Source: Octopus vulgaris | Lineage: Eukaryota | DNA length: 124,000 bases | NCBI GenBank assembly: GCA_951406725.2 | Contig: OX597815.1 | Coordinates: forward strand, 189,740,001-189,864,000 | Direction of reading: 5' to 3' | Shown: positions 27,450 to 40,711 of the stretch, piece by piece | Layout of the letters: every line of letters begins with the position of its first letter | How positions within the stretch are numbered: position 1 is the stretch's first letter | Notes under the pieces: generated by a model | The model's input: only the letters and a program-made list of their open reading frames with translations | The model's database searches: none | Told to the model about the DNA's origin: nothing | Translations under genes and position numbers: made by a program

Positions 27450-28050
27450 ATTTTCATGATGACGATGGTGATGGTGGGTGGTAGTGGTGGTGGTGGTGGT
27501 GGTGGTGGTGGTTGTGGTGATGACGCCAACATCGATGACAATGATGACAACGACGATGTTAAGGAGAGGGGAGAGAGAGACGAGGGGAGGGTGATGATGA
27601 TGATGAGAACGATGGCAATGGCGATGATAAGAAGGAGGGGAGAGAGACGAGGGGAGGGTGGCGATGGTGGTGGTGATGACGATGAGAATGATGACAACGA
27701 CGATGATAAGGAGGAGGGGAGAGAGACGAGGGGAGGGTGGTGATGGTGGTGGTGGTGGTGGTGACGACGATGATATTGATGACAATGATGACAACGATGA
27801 TTATAAGGAGGCGTGGAGACGAGGTGAGGGTGGTGGTGGTGGTGGTGGTGGTGGAGATGATGATAATGATGGCGACGATGAGCACGATGACCATGATGAT
27901 GGTGATGATGGCGATGACAACAGTGATGACAACAACAACGATAATGATGAATGACAGTGGTAATGGTGAAGGTAGTGAGTGATACATATGATGACAACAA
28001 CAACAACAGCTGCAATGTTGACAATGCTGACGAAGATGACGATTTTTGGA
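27450..28050. repeat. GAT/GGT triplet-rich cryptic minisatellite
   Basis: Triplet runs with recurring AGGAGGGGAGAGAGACGAGGGGAGGGTG units; source of the poly-D/G/H/T ORFs. Confidence 0.8.
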
Positions 28051-28112
28051 AATAGAAATAATACATTTCTAAATCTCTGATTTAGAGAGATTTATGTATT
28101 TGCAGCACAATA

Positions 28113-28698
28113 AAGTGATAGCATGCTGTTAACTTAATGTGACAGTCCCATGAAAGGGAAGAATGCTACTGTTATTTAGTCCTAGGAAACACTGTTCCCT
28201 GTTGGACTAGACATATTTCCTGTGTCCTTATGTTTTCAAAGTGGAGACAAGCTCCTCCGCTCAGCAAAACCAGCAACCAGAGACTAGTTTCATATGCATT
28301 GCTCATCATCAGTCTGGAGTAGCATGGCTTGCTAGCTGTCGATGCTTATCTGCCTTTGAAAACATAAGGACAGAGGAAATGTTATTTCTTAACTTCCCAC
28401 AAGGGGCTACACACAGAGGGGACAAACAAGGATAGACAAACAGATTAAGTCAATTACATAGACCCCAGTGCGTAACTGGTACTTAATTTATCGACCCCAA
28501 ATTTGAACTCAGAACGTAGCAGCAGACGAAATACCGCTAAGCATTTCGCCCGGCGCTAGCGTTTCTGCCAGCTCGCCGCCCTAAAACACAGGAAATGTGT
28601 CAAGTCCAACAGGAAATGGTGTTTCCTAGGGCTAAATAACAGTAGTATTCTTCCCTTTCATGGGACTGTCACATTAAGTTGACAACATACTATCACTT
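28113..28698. mobile_element. Tc1/mariner-type MITE with ~130-bp TIRs; SINE family 2 inserted in the right TIR (~28380-28580)
   Basis: TA|AAGTGATAGCATGCTGTTAAC.. and ..GTTGACAACATACTATCACTT|TA; SINE flanked by ACA(G/C)AGGAAAT duplication. Confidence 0.75.
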
Positions 28699-30811
28699 TA
28701 AAGATGATGATGTAGATGATGATGCTGATGCTAACGAGAAGTAGAATATGAAAAATCATGTTGATGATAATACCCATTTATAATTGGGAGGGAAAAAATG
28801 GGTAAATGAACAGTGTCGAAACATCACCAAAACCAAAGTGCTAAGCCTTTACAAGTGGAACTAGAACTTATATAATACCAACAAAATATCTTGATTAAGG
28901 AATTCCAAAAATGAAAGGTAGATATAACCTTAAGCATACATTTATTTCTGAATCAAGAGAAATATTTCTCGCAAGAAACATTACTCAACTTACAATAATC
29001 AATATCAAATATTTTGGTATATTTACATTGATAAAATATGAAGAGGCAATCATTGTATAGTTTCATAAGCTGTTTGCAAACCAACTAAAGAGAATTATTA
29101 CCAGAGACAAGGAAGAGATTAAACAAAGCACTGAAGGAAAACAATCGCAATAACTATCAGAAAATTAAGTAAAAACCAGAGAAATATTAACCAAATATGG
29201 ATAATAATTTCTGCAAATTGATTTTATTGAGCATAATAAGGATTTAGGCAGGAAGGTAGGAGAAAGTAATAAAAGTGAAATATAAGAGTAAAAAAATATA
29301 TAAAACTAAATAGAAAACAAATTAGAGTCCATAAAGAATAAGATAATAAAATAAAATAATCAATATTGAAAATAAATTAGGGGATGTTAATTAATTAAAT
29401 TTGTAATGGAGAGCATAATATAAAACCTTTCTGATCAAATTCAGATTTTTATCAAATTTGTTTGTCAGTTAATCACTTAGGAACATATTTTGCTTTTTTT
29501 TATTATTAAAATCAGTCATCAATAACTCCTGTCATTATTTGTATAGAAATAATTTTTGTTTATTCTTCTCTTCACCATATTTGCAAATCTATGTGTCAAT
29601 AAAAGATATTTCTGAAACACACTACTGTCTTTTCCTTTCTCTGTTGTTATATTTGTTTCATATTTCCAGTTTTTCTCTATATGAAGGCACAGAAGAGAAA
29701 GGTTTAAAAATAATATATCTTACCATAAGTGACAGTTATAAAATAATAACTTAGTTTCTTTCAAAAGCCAGGTTCTACTTCTTAGATTGCGGTTTCAGAA
29801 CAATATTGCAATCTATAAATAGTCATCTGTACAAAAACAATATTTTCTCCATGCAGATGTCACCCTCAGTAGGTTTTCTAATTGCACACCATACAAGCTA
29901 TATCAGTAAAGATATAGCTGTGAGGTTAAGGAGTCTGCATAGCAACCATGAGGTTTTAGGCTTGATTCCACTGCTTACCACCTTTCACGGTTCAGTTTGG
30001 TACACAGAAACTGTACAAAGCCTGGTACACAGACCACGTAAAAAGCACCATCCGTTCATGGCCGTTGCCAGCGCTGCCCCAACTGACCTCATGCTGGTGG
30101 CACATAAAAAGTACCATCCGTTCGTGGCTGTTGCCAGCCTCGCCTGGCCCCCGTGCCAGTGGCACATAAAAAGCACCATCCGATCGTGGCCGTTTGCCAG
30201 ACTCGTCTGGCACGTAAAAAGCACCCACTACACTCATGGAGTTGTTGGCATTAGGAAGGGCATCCAGCCGTAGAAACATTGCCAGGTCAAACTGGGCCTG
30301 GTGCAGCCTTCTGGCTTCCCAGACCCCAGTTGAACCGTCCAACCCATGCTAGCATGATAATGGTGATGATGATGATATATATATAAACCCAAGCTTAACA
30401 AACAATGATTAAGTTAATCTTATTTGGGGTTTAAAAATCTTATCCCTATAACTAAAACACAAAAAATATCTAAAAAGTACTGCTGGCATCATTTCTTAAA
30501 ATAAACATTGAAAAATGGTTTGGCATCATCTCTAAAAATAGCCAAGCCCCTACTACTGCTGTCCACAGGAACATATATAAAGAACAAAAGACAGCCAGTC
30601 AAGCACAGTTGAAACATTCCTGTCACAACCTGGGACCTTGAAGACTGCATGCAAGAAAGTATACTAGTCCCTTAATATTTGATGTTCAATATTTCATCTA
30701 TTCAATAAGACAATCAATACTTCATTTCATTTTACTATATATTCTATATTCTACTTTAATATTATAAAGAATACAAATAAAACATAAAAAGCAGACAGAG
30801 TTGGAATTCCT

Positions 30812-30846
<35 letters not shown>

Positions 30847-30941
30847 ATCCAAACAAGAAAGCACAAAAAAAACACAACAACGTGGGAACATGGAACAAAT
30901 ATAGTATTATTGGACGCTCAGGAAAGAAGGAAAGAAGGAGG

Positions 30942-30976
30942 GTTTAACGTTTCGAGCGGAGCTCTTCGTCGGAAAC
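30942..30976 (-). ncRNA. Minimal hammerhead motif, family D (U4C variant)
   Basis: GUUU-CCGACGA-A-GAGC UCC GCUC-GAAA-CGU-U-AAAC. Confidence 0.55.
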
Positions 30977-31293
30977 ATATATATATATATATACATTTAA
31001 TGCATGTAATAAAGTGATCCATATGTTGAGAACCTCAAACATATTCTTCAGACGCAAACCACATGTATTATGACCTTTAAATAAATAATATTTATCTGTC
31101 ACCTGATGGAGAACCTTTTTGTTGAATTTTCTATCAAGGTGTGGTAAGTAGCTTGCTTACCAGCCACATGGTTCTGGGTTCAGTCCCACTGCATGGCACC
31201 TTGGGTAAGTGTCTTCTACTATAACCTCAGGCTGACCAAAGTCTTGTGAGTGGATTTGGTTGACAGAAACTGAAAGGAGCCTGTTGTATATAT

Positions 31294-31371
<78 letters not shown>

Positions 31372-31837
31372 CAAAGCAAAGTTGTGTGTTATAAACAAAT
31401 TATATTACCTGATCTGAATGTTTTTATGTAAACTATTTTCTGACTCATCAGAGAGGATACACAAAGCCTTACAATTTACTTTTGAAAATCTTTTTAAATA
31501 AGTGAAACCGGTTAAGTTAATAAATACTTTTAAAAGACTCCTGCATTTTCAGATATTTTTAACTTACACACACGCACAGACACACTCACATGTATATATA
31601 CGTATGTATGTATTTATGTGTCTGTACTTGTCCTCCCACCATCGCTTGATAATCGATGTTGGTGTGTTTACATCCCCATAACTTAGCAGTTCAGGAAAAG
31701 AGTCTGATTGAATAAATACTAGGCTTACAAAGAATAAGCCCTGGGGGTCAATTTATTCGACAAATGTGGTGCTTTAGCATGGCCACAGTCAAATGACTGA
31801 AGCAAGTAAAAGAATAAGGATATATATACATATATAC

Positions 31838-31875
<38 letters not shown>

Positions 31876-32559
31876 ATATATTCATATATATATGTCTGTA
31901 TGTATGTATGTATGTATATACACACACACACACGCATAAACACATACACAAACACACATACGCATACACATATATAAATAGAGAGAGAGAGAGTGTTTGT
32001 GTGTGAGAGAGAAAAAATAATAAACATCAAGAGCACAATAATAATGTTTTTTTGGGGGACATTGGATCTTGAAGCAGATAAGCTATAAATGATAACATAA
32101 AAATATTAAGTTAAAAAATCCTTTCAGAGAAGTAAAAGTATGATGATGATGATGATGACGACGATGACGATGATGATGATGATGATGATGATTTTGATGC
32201 AAGAAAGAGAAGGAGAGGGAGGAAGTGTAAGAGGAAAAGGGGAGGGGAGGAGGAAGGGTGAAGAAGAAGAAGAAGAAGAAACAATAATGCCTTAAAGTTA
32301 GCATGTGATTTGTTCATAAAATATGCAAACTCAAAAATTTAATTAAGTTATCAGGAAATCTACAATACATAATTCTAAATCATCATAAAAATTTTGGAAG
32401 CTGTTACGTTTTGACAGCTAAAAATTAAAACCCATCATTAGTTTTGTATTGAAAATTTTGGGAAAGATAATTGTTTCCTATCAGCTCTACCATACTTTCA
32501 TACAATTTTTTTTTTGTGCATTGTGAATCTGGATATTTGCCTAGGAAATATCTTGGTAC

Positions 32560-32639
32560 CTTGGTTTATAATTTTCAAGTGGAAGTATTTGCTGATTTTC
32601 ATCAAAGCAGACAGAATCAGGTAGCATGGTGTTCCTTGC
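32560..32639 (-). CDS. Candidate isolated exon (ARNTMLPDSVCFDENQQILPLENYKP; a second frame is also open)
   Basis: Acceptor ATTTTCTTCCTACAG|G and donor CAAG|GTACCA; 80 nt. Confidence 0.25.
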
Positions 32640-33057
32640 CTGTAGGAAGAAAATTGTCATGTTACTGGACAATAATTTGCCATTGTCTGTAACTGAAAAC
32701 AAATGGAGATAAATGCACAGTTTTGTTGTTAATAAATTCCATTATAATTGAATAGGCATAAGAGGGGCTGTGTGGTAAGTAGCTTGCTTACGAACTACAT
32801 GGTTCCGGGTTCAGTCCCACTGTGTGGCACCTTGGGCAAGTGTCTTCTACTATAGCCTCGGGCCGACCAAAGTCTTGTGTGGATTTGGGAGATGGAAACT
32901 GAAAGAAGCCCATCGTATATATGTTATATATGTATATATATATGTATATATATATATATATATATATACATATATATATGTATATATAGGGAGAGTTTAT
33001 GAAATAAACAATAGACGAAGACAGGCGGTGTACAAAACAAACAGGAATAGAAAAAGT

Positions 33058-33093
33058 CTTTTACGTTTCGAGCCAATGCTCTTCTACAGAAAG
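33058..33093 (-). ncRNA. Minimal hammerhead-like motif, family E (CUGUAGA core)
   Basis: CUUU-CUGUAGA-A-GAGC AUUG GCUC-GAAA-CGU-A-AAAG. Confidence 0.5.
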
Positions 33094-34321
33094 GGAGACA
33101 GAAAAAAGAAGGAGAAAAAAAAATGTGTGTAGTGGCTAATGATCTATCATGGTGTGTATATGTTTATGTGTCTGTGTTTGTCCCCCCAACAACACTTAAC
33201 AACCAATGCTGAAGTGTTTACATCCCTGTAACTTGGTGGTTTGGCAAAAGAGACTGATAGAATAAGTACTAGACTTACAAAGAATAAGTCCTGGGGTCGA
33301 TATGCTCGACTAAAGGTGGTGCTCCAGCATGGCCACAGTCAAATGACTGAAACAAGTAAGAGAGACCCCCGAAAAGATGGAAAGCAAAGTCGACCTCAGT
33401 GGAATTTGAACTCAGAACGTAATGGTAGACGAAAAACTGCTAAGCATTTCACCTGGCATGCTAATTATTCTGTCAGTTTGCCACCTTCAGTTGGAGTAAT
33501 AAAATTTAGTAGTAATAATAATGATGATAATAATAATAATAATAAATTATTACTCTGGCAATAATGTAAATGTCCGTAAATAATGAAAAAATAATGAAAA
33601 TGACTAAATATTCAAAGAAGTGGTCATTAAATCTTTAAGTAACATTCTATCCTGATTAAAAGGAGATTTTAGTCTGACCCAATTTCTTAAGGAGATATAT
33701 CTTAGAACATTCTCTAGAAATGGTAGGCTTCCATATAAGTGAAATTTTTTATACCACTAAACAGAGGTCTGTTGATATGACTGTCATATTGGCAAAAAGA
33801 GCAATAGAAGTGATTTATGATTCTTCCTCGTCATCAATATTTTTGCTGTTGTTTAACCCCAGGTCAGACCTGAAGGAGCAGAACGTTCTTGAAAATCATT
33901 CAAGTCATGAGTTATTTTGTTTGTCTCTTTTGTTTTGTTATATTGATCTTTTATTTGTTGTAGTCATTAGACTGTGACCATGCTGGTGCACTGCCTTGAA
34001 GAAATTTTAATCAAATGAATCAACTACTCAACTAAAGTACTCTTTTTTTTCTTTTTTTTTCTAACATAGTATTTATTCTTATACCAATTATACGTACATA
34101 TATATGTACGTACATGTCCGTGTATGTAAGTATTCCTATGTTGTATATATATATATATATATATATAAAATAAATATAAGAGAGTGGTCACTATATGGCT
34201 CACTCTAGCACCAGTTAATCCAAAAGGTTTCAACCACAAAAATACATGTTTCCCATGAAAGTCAGTACGATTGTTAGCTCACACGGACAGGGCAAATAAA
34301 AAATAACAAAAATACAGATTA

Positions 34322-34403
34322 TTTTGGGACAATTGTTTCGCTATTAATGAATTAAATGTAATTTTACTTACAAAAAAATCCACTTGTAGCTCGTCAGCCA
34401 AAA
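34322..34403 (-). ncRNA. Canonical type I hammerhead ribozyme, family B
   Basis: UUUUGG-CUGACGA-GCUA(~45-nt loop)UAGC-GAAA-CAAUUG-UC-CCAAAA; all core residues canonical, GUC triplet, palindromic stem III. Confidence 0.8.
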
Positions 34404-34760
34404 CTATCAGGATGAAATCCACTCAATCACACGCCAGATTTTACCATAACGATAAATACGCGTGTGGTTCAATTGATTACATCCGACGTTATAATTCAAA
34501 TGCCCCAACCAACAGCATTTATAATTATAATAATATATATATATATATATATATATACCACTTCCATCTTTTAGTATCTGACCTCGTCTGTATCACTAGC
34601 GATTTTTTTTCCTCCGTCTTCCCTTCTCGGGATCTTTCCTTCTCCTATGTTTCCGACGAAGAGCTCCACTCGAAATGTCCCTTCTTTCCTGAGCGTCCAA
34701 TAATACTTTATTTCTTCCACATCCTTGCGTTGTTGTCTTTTTGTTTTCTTGTTTGGATTA

Positions 34761-34803
<43 letters not shown>

Positions 34804-35571
34804 TTATATAAATAAGGATAAGATCATTATTTAAAATACCAATTATACATACATATATATGTATGTACATGTCCGTGTATGTAAGTATTCCTATGTTGTG
34901 TATACATATATATATATATTTGTACTATTCATGTGTATCCCACTGATGAGGCAGAGTATATTTTTATACAGAATCAGAAATCTGGATCAGGAATTATCCA
35001 ATAATTTTTTGTTAGTTTATTTATCTATTTCTCTTTTCACCTTGTGTTGTATGAACATGAAGTGGTTTTAGACTCAAGTTTTGACTGCTATCTCTAGCAT
35101 GGGGATATCTCTTAGATACCCTTAATTATAATGTACATATATATATATGTTTATGGCAGGCTTCTTTCAGTTTCTGTTTGCTAAATCCACTCATAAGGTT
35201 TTGGTCAGAAGACACTTACCTAAGATGTCCTGCAGTGGGACTGAACCCAGAGCCATGTGGTTAGAAAGCAAGCTTCTTATCACACAGCCATGCCTGCACC
35301 TATATATATATATTCATATACACATATAGACCCACATGCAAAGAGTATTATATTAACAGTGAGAAAGACAGATATCTCATTCTAAATCAAGAACAAAATG
35401 CTAAAAGTTATTTGCTGCTGTTATTAACCATAATCAGCTTTAGGGTTTTAGTGAGAAATGATACCTGGCCACATGGAGATTAACTCTAGAGTACATCAGA
35501 TATTGATATTTTTTTCTGAGTAGAAGACCACCATTTTGTGAAGTGATTTTTCCATTGAAAAATGAATATAG

Positions 35572-35975
35572 GTGCAGGAGTGGCTGTGTGGTAAGTAGCT
35601 TGCTTACCAATCACATGGTTCCGGGTTCAGTCCCACTGCGTGGCACCTTGGGCAAGTGTCTTCTACTATAGCCTCGGGCTGACCAAAGTGGATTTGGTGG
35701 ACGGAAACTGAAAGAAGCCCGTTGTATATATGTATATGTTCATGTATATATGTTTGTGTATCTGTGTTTGCCCCCCCCCCCCCCCCTCCAACATCGCTTG
35801 ACAACCGATGCTGGTGTGTTTACGTCCCCGTAATTTAGCGGTTCGTCAGAAGAGACCGATAGAATAAGTACTAGGCTTACAAAGAATAAGTCCTGGGGTC
35901 GATTTGCTCGACTAAAAGCGGGGCTCCAGCATGGCCACAGTCAAGCGACCGAGACAAGTAAAAGAGTAAAAGAGT
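35572..35975 (+). mobile_element. SINE family 3, full-length copy
   Basis: tRNA-like head GGAGTGGCTGTGTGGTAAG..GGTTCAGTCCC, CORE-like CCTTGGGCAAGTG, internal TA/TG tract, (AAAAGAGT)n tail. Confidence 0.8.
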
Positions 35976-37247
35976 AAAAGAGTATAGAGAAATTGTACCT
36001 GACAAAAATATTGGCTTCAAATTTTGGTAGATGGTGAGAAATTTTGTGGGTGGAGTAAGTTGATTGCACCAGCTCTGGTACTTACTTTATTGACCCCTCT
36101 ATGGATGAAAGCTAAAGTCGACCATGGCAGAATTTGAGCTCAGAATGTAAAGATAGAGTAAACACTTCTTAGCATTTTGCTTGGTGTGTAATGGGTTCTG
36201 CCAGCTTGCTGCTTTATAACAGACAAAATATTAAGATCAGTATAATGAACTGAAATAATTAACTAAAACCCTTAAAGACAGTTCCTCATCAAGGCTTCAG
36301 TAAAAATAAAATAAATAATGAAATTTATAAGTGAAACAAAACTACAAAAGAATATATTTAAATCCATTATTTTTACAGCAAATTAGCTGTCATTTTCAAA
36401 ATCTGTCATAAGACGTATTAAACTTCAAATTTTCATTACATTTGAAAACAAGTAATTACAGAAGTCCTTACAATGCTTTTTATTTTGTTGTCGTAAAAAT
36501 ACCTATTTCTTTATTACCCACAAGGGGCTAAACATAGAGGGGACAAACAAGGACAGACATAGGTATTAAGTCGATTACATCGACCCCAGTGCGTAACTGG
36601 TACTTAATTTATCAACCTCGATAGGATGAAAGGCAAAGTCGACCTCGGCGGAATTTAAACTCACAACGTAACGGCAGACGAAATACCACTAAGCCTCTCG
36701 CCCGGTGTGCTAACGTTTCTGCCAGCTCGCCGCCTTAAAAATACCTGTGACCTTTGCATTATGTTTGTGACTGGGGAAGAAGGAAGGTCTCTTGAAACTG
36801 GGGACCTGGTGTGAATGCTTGCAACAGAGAGGACTTTGCTAAAGGATTAGGGCTAGGGTTAGGGTTGTGATCAAGGTGGTGATGAGAAACCAGGCAGCGG
36901 ATTCCAGTTGACTTAAATGATTAACTTAAATATTTTGATGTAATATATGATAAGTGCAGGTGGCTGTATGGTAAGAAGTTTGCTTCTGAATTACATGGTT
37001 CAAGGTTCAGTCCCATGTGCAGCACCTTGGACAAGTGTTTTCTACTATAGCCTCAGGTCAACCAAAGCTGTGTGATTGAATTTGGGAAATGCATACTGAA
37101 AGAAGCCAAGTGTGTACACAAACATGACAGAAGTAAATAGACACCCCATAAAACATTGCTTTATGCTTATTTTAGCTTGGAACGGTTTATATTTTTTATT
37201 AATGGACATTTTTTTATGTTTCAGGCTCTATATATGACTGTTTAATC

Positions 37248-37330
37248 ATGCCACATACGAAAGAAGCCTTGGAACTGTCCGAATTTCAAAGAGGTCATAT
37301 TGCATGTCAATCTGAAGGTGGACTTAGTGT
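37248..37330 (+). pseudogene. Tc1-like transposase N-terminal fragment
   Basis: MPHTKEALELSEFQRGHIACQSEGGLS resembles the Tc1-type paired-like HTH start (ELSEFERGRIVG..G.S). Confidence 0.55.
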
Positions 37331-37799
37331 AAAATCATGGAAGACCTCAACCACATGGTTTCAGGTTCTGTCCCACTTCATGACATCTTGGGCAGAAGTC
37401 TTCTACAATAGCCCCAGGACACTTAAAGCCATATAGTGGATTCAGAAGTAGAAGTATGGGGTGGGGTGTCATGTGGTGTATCAGTGCCCTGCTGTATCCC
37501 CTATTTGTTGGTGATTCCCTACTACTCCTTGTGGATGACCCCTTTGCACCACTTAGGCGACAACCCTCCAGCCTATGGGTCTGTTTGGGAAGTCATTACT
37601 GATGAGGGCTTTACAAGGTCAGGGTGCACATCCTGCCACAACCTCTCCTAGCTGTCCTTTACAACTCACAGGGGTAACTTTGGGTTTATTCTTTGATATG
37701 CAGGTTCTTACCCGGCATTTTGGTAGATGGAAAATAAAATAGAAGACTGTCGTATCTTTTGGCTTTTATTTCTTTTACTCATTGGTTTTGGCCAGTGCC

Positions 37800-37831
<32 letters not shown>

Positions 37832-37922
37832 GAGAGAGGGAAAGAAAGAGAGAGAGAGAAAGAAAGAGAGAGAGAAAGAGAGGGAGAGAGAAAGAGAGAG
37901 AGGGAGAGAGAGAAAGAAAGAG

Positions 37923-37967
<45 letters not shown>

Positions 37968-38150
37968 CGAAAGAGAGAGAGACGAAAGAGAGAGAGACGA
38001 AAGAGAGAGAGACGAAAGAGAGAGAGAAAGAGAGAGACAAAAGAGAGAGAGATGGACGAAAGAGAGATAGAGAGGAAAGAGAGAGAGAGAAAGAGAGAGA
38101 GGGGGAAAGAGATAGAGAGAGAGAGGGTGAAAGAGAGAGAGAGAGAGAGT
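37800..38150. repeat. (GA)n/(GAAA)n purine tract
   Basis: Visible directly; source of the R/E/K-rich ORFs. Confidence 0.9.
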
Positions 38151-38639
38151 GTGTGTATGTGTGTGTGTTTGAGTCTCCCTGACTTGACATCGTGTGATAG
38201 ATGTAATTGAGTGTCACCTTCATAAAAGTGGTGTCATTCGTTTTCAATCCTCCACAGAAAAGTGTTTGGCCGAGAGAGAACATTACTTAGCTCAGAAACG
38301 GGTAAGACTTGGCAACAGGAAGAAGGTTATCTAGCTGTAGAAAATCTTGCCTCAATGAACTCTCTTTAACCTCCGGTAAGCATGGAAAAGTGAAGGTTAA
38401 TAAAGTGAGTAAGAACGTAGATGTAGAACAAATCTGAGGTGGAGGAAAATGTGCTTCCTTTCGTGATTGAATAGACATTTGTGAAAATATCGAATGAAGT
38501 GTTAATCCTTTACACCTAAATTATCAATGTGCAAAAAACATAAAGAATTATTATTATTTATGGTCATTTCTGCTTACTTGAGGGTAAGGCGTTTTGTTTG
38601 ATGGATAGTATAAAATTTTCTGTTTTTACTGGTGCATAC

Positions 38640-38675
<36 letters not shown>

Positions 38676-38799
38676 TCACACACACACACAAACACACACA
38701 CATTCACACATACACATGCGCACACACATATGCACAGAGAAACATACACGCAAATATATATACATATGTATATACATATAAACATATACATATTTATAC

Positions 38800-38834
<35 letters not shown>

Positions 38835-39039
38835 CGGCGGTGAATTAGCATGGCCGCAGCTCTGAGCTGAAACTAGAGAAGAAAAAAAATATATATATAT
38901 ATAGAGAGAGCGGTATAAACATATATATATATACATATATATACATATACACACATACATGTATATATATATTATATATATTATCCATCTGTTGCTATTT
39001 ATTCATGTATATAGATATTCATACATACGTCTGTGTGCT

Positions 39040-39480
39040 TGTGCGTGTGTGTGTTTGTATGTATGTATGCATGTATATGTATGTATGTATGTGTGTATGT
39101 ACGTATGTATGTACAAATGTATGTATGTATGCATGTATGTATGTATGTATGTATGTATATGTGTATGTATGTATGTATGCATGCTTGTATGTATGTATGT
39201 GTATGTATGTATGTGTGTATGTATATGTATGTACGTATTTATGTATGTATGTATGTACGTACGTACGTATTTATGTATGTATGTATGTATGTATGTATGC
39301 ATTTATTTATGTATGTATGTATTATGTATGTATATGTATGTATGTATGTACACGTGTATGTATGTATGTATGTATGCTTGTATGCATGTATGTATGTGTG
39401 CTTGTATGTATGTATGTATGTGTGTATGTATATGTATGTATTTATGTATGTATGTATGTATGTAAGCATGCATGTATGTA
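39040..39480. repeat. Degenerate (TATG)n microsatellite
   Basis: Visible directly; source of the MYVC/HTYI ORFs. Confidence 0.9.
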
Positions 39481-40671
39481 TGTGTATCCACGCAAATTAT
39501 TCAAATGTCAATAATTTGGCAACATCCACCCCAGCTATAATTGCTCGCACGCAACAATATTGTCGAAACATAAGTAACCCTCAGAGTTCATTGAGGCTTT
39601 CTGTGTTTTTGCCGGTTACTTCCCACGGAGGAAATACTTGAAGTGTTATGAATTATCAACAATAGATGTCACGGGGGTTAAATCCCATCACTGTCAAATT
39701 TCCCTGAAAGGAATGGCTGCGAATATAACTGACTCTTCTTCTTGTTGAGATATCTCGAAAAACCATAGAATAAAACATAAAATATTGATTACTATATTCA
39801 GCTTTCTATTAACATCATATTTTAAATTAATGTCTTCCATACATCCTATGTGGTACACGGTTATCACTATAAAGCAGCATCAAATTTTATTAAACATCAG
39901 CATAAAGAATATGAATTCATCCATAAGGATTTCATATCATAATTTGGATCTAAGGATGTTACATATGAATGTGAAGAAATTGATATACTTTGATTTCCTC
40001 ATTAGAGGTATGAAATCACAAAGGAGACGATATCCTCAGTTTTTAATTATACTATTTACAATGTTATAACAACATGCCTTTTATTAATAATTCTGCAAAT
40101 GTAAGAACTGGTAATCTTATTAGCTTCTATGAGATCTTACGCTCGAGTGACCGAATGCAGATTCAGTTATTGATTCAATTAGAGATGCTTCTATTTGATC
40201 TTCCACTACTGTAGGAAATATCTTTTATCGAATGAAGTCTTTCTTATTCCTTTAACTGAAATATAATTTTGATCCCTCGCACTGATAAATTGAATTGATC
40301 ATAGCTAAATGCAAAGTGAAGCTAATATACTAGAATATATCAGCCAGTCTGAAAGCGGGTTCTCCTCTTTGCAAACAAATAGGCACAGACAGGGATTTTA
40401 CTGACCATGAATTCTAAGACATTCCTCTGTTACTCATTGATGTGTGTCTGAAACAAAATAAGAATCTAAAGATGTGACTGACCTATTTTTCGTATTTTTA
40501 AGTACTTTCAGAGGAGAGAAAAAAACACAGGCTTGGATCTTCAATAGACATCAAAGCTCTATTGGATAATACACGCAATTTAATTCCCTCCTAAACACTC
40601 TAGAATCTATTTCTCTACACTTTCTAGATAATGATTTAGTTTGATATATACATATACACACATATATATAC

Positions 40672-40711
<40 letters not shown>

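Noticed and set aside
27429-28066. Poly-His/Asp/Gly/Thr/Val ORFs (also 67928-68276, 71633-72205, 73098-73812, 58165-58400)
   Set aside because: Triplet repeats open in several frames on both strands, with no splice context.
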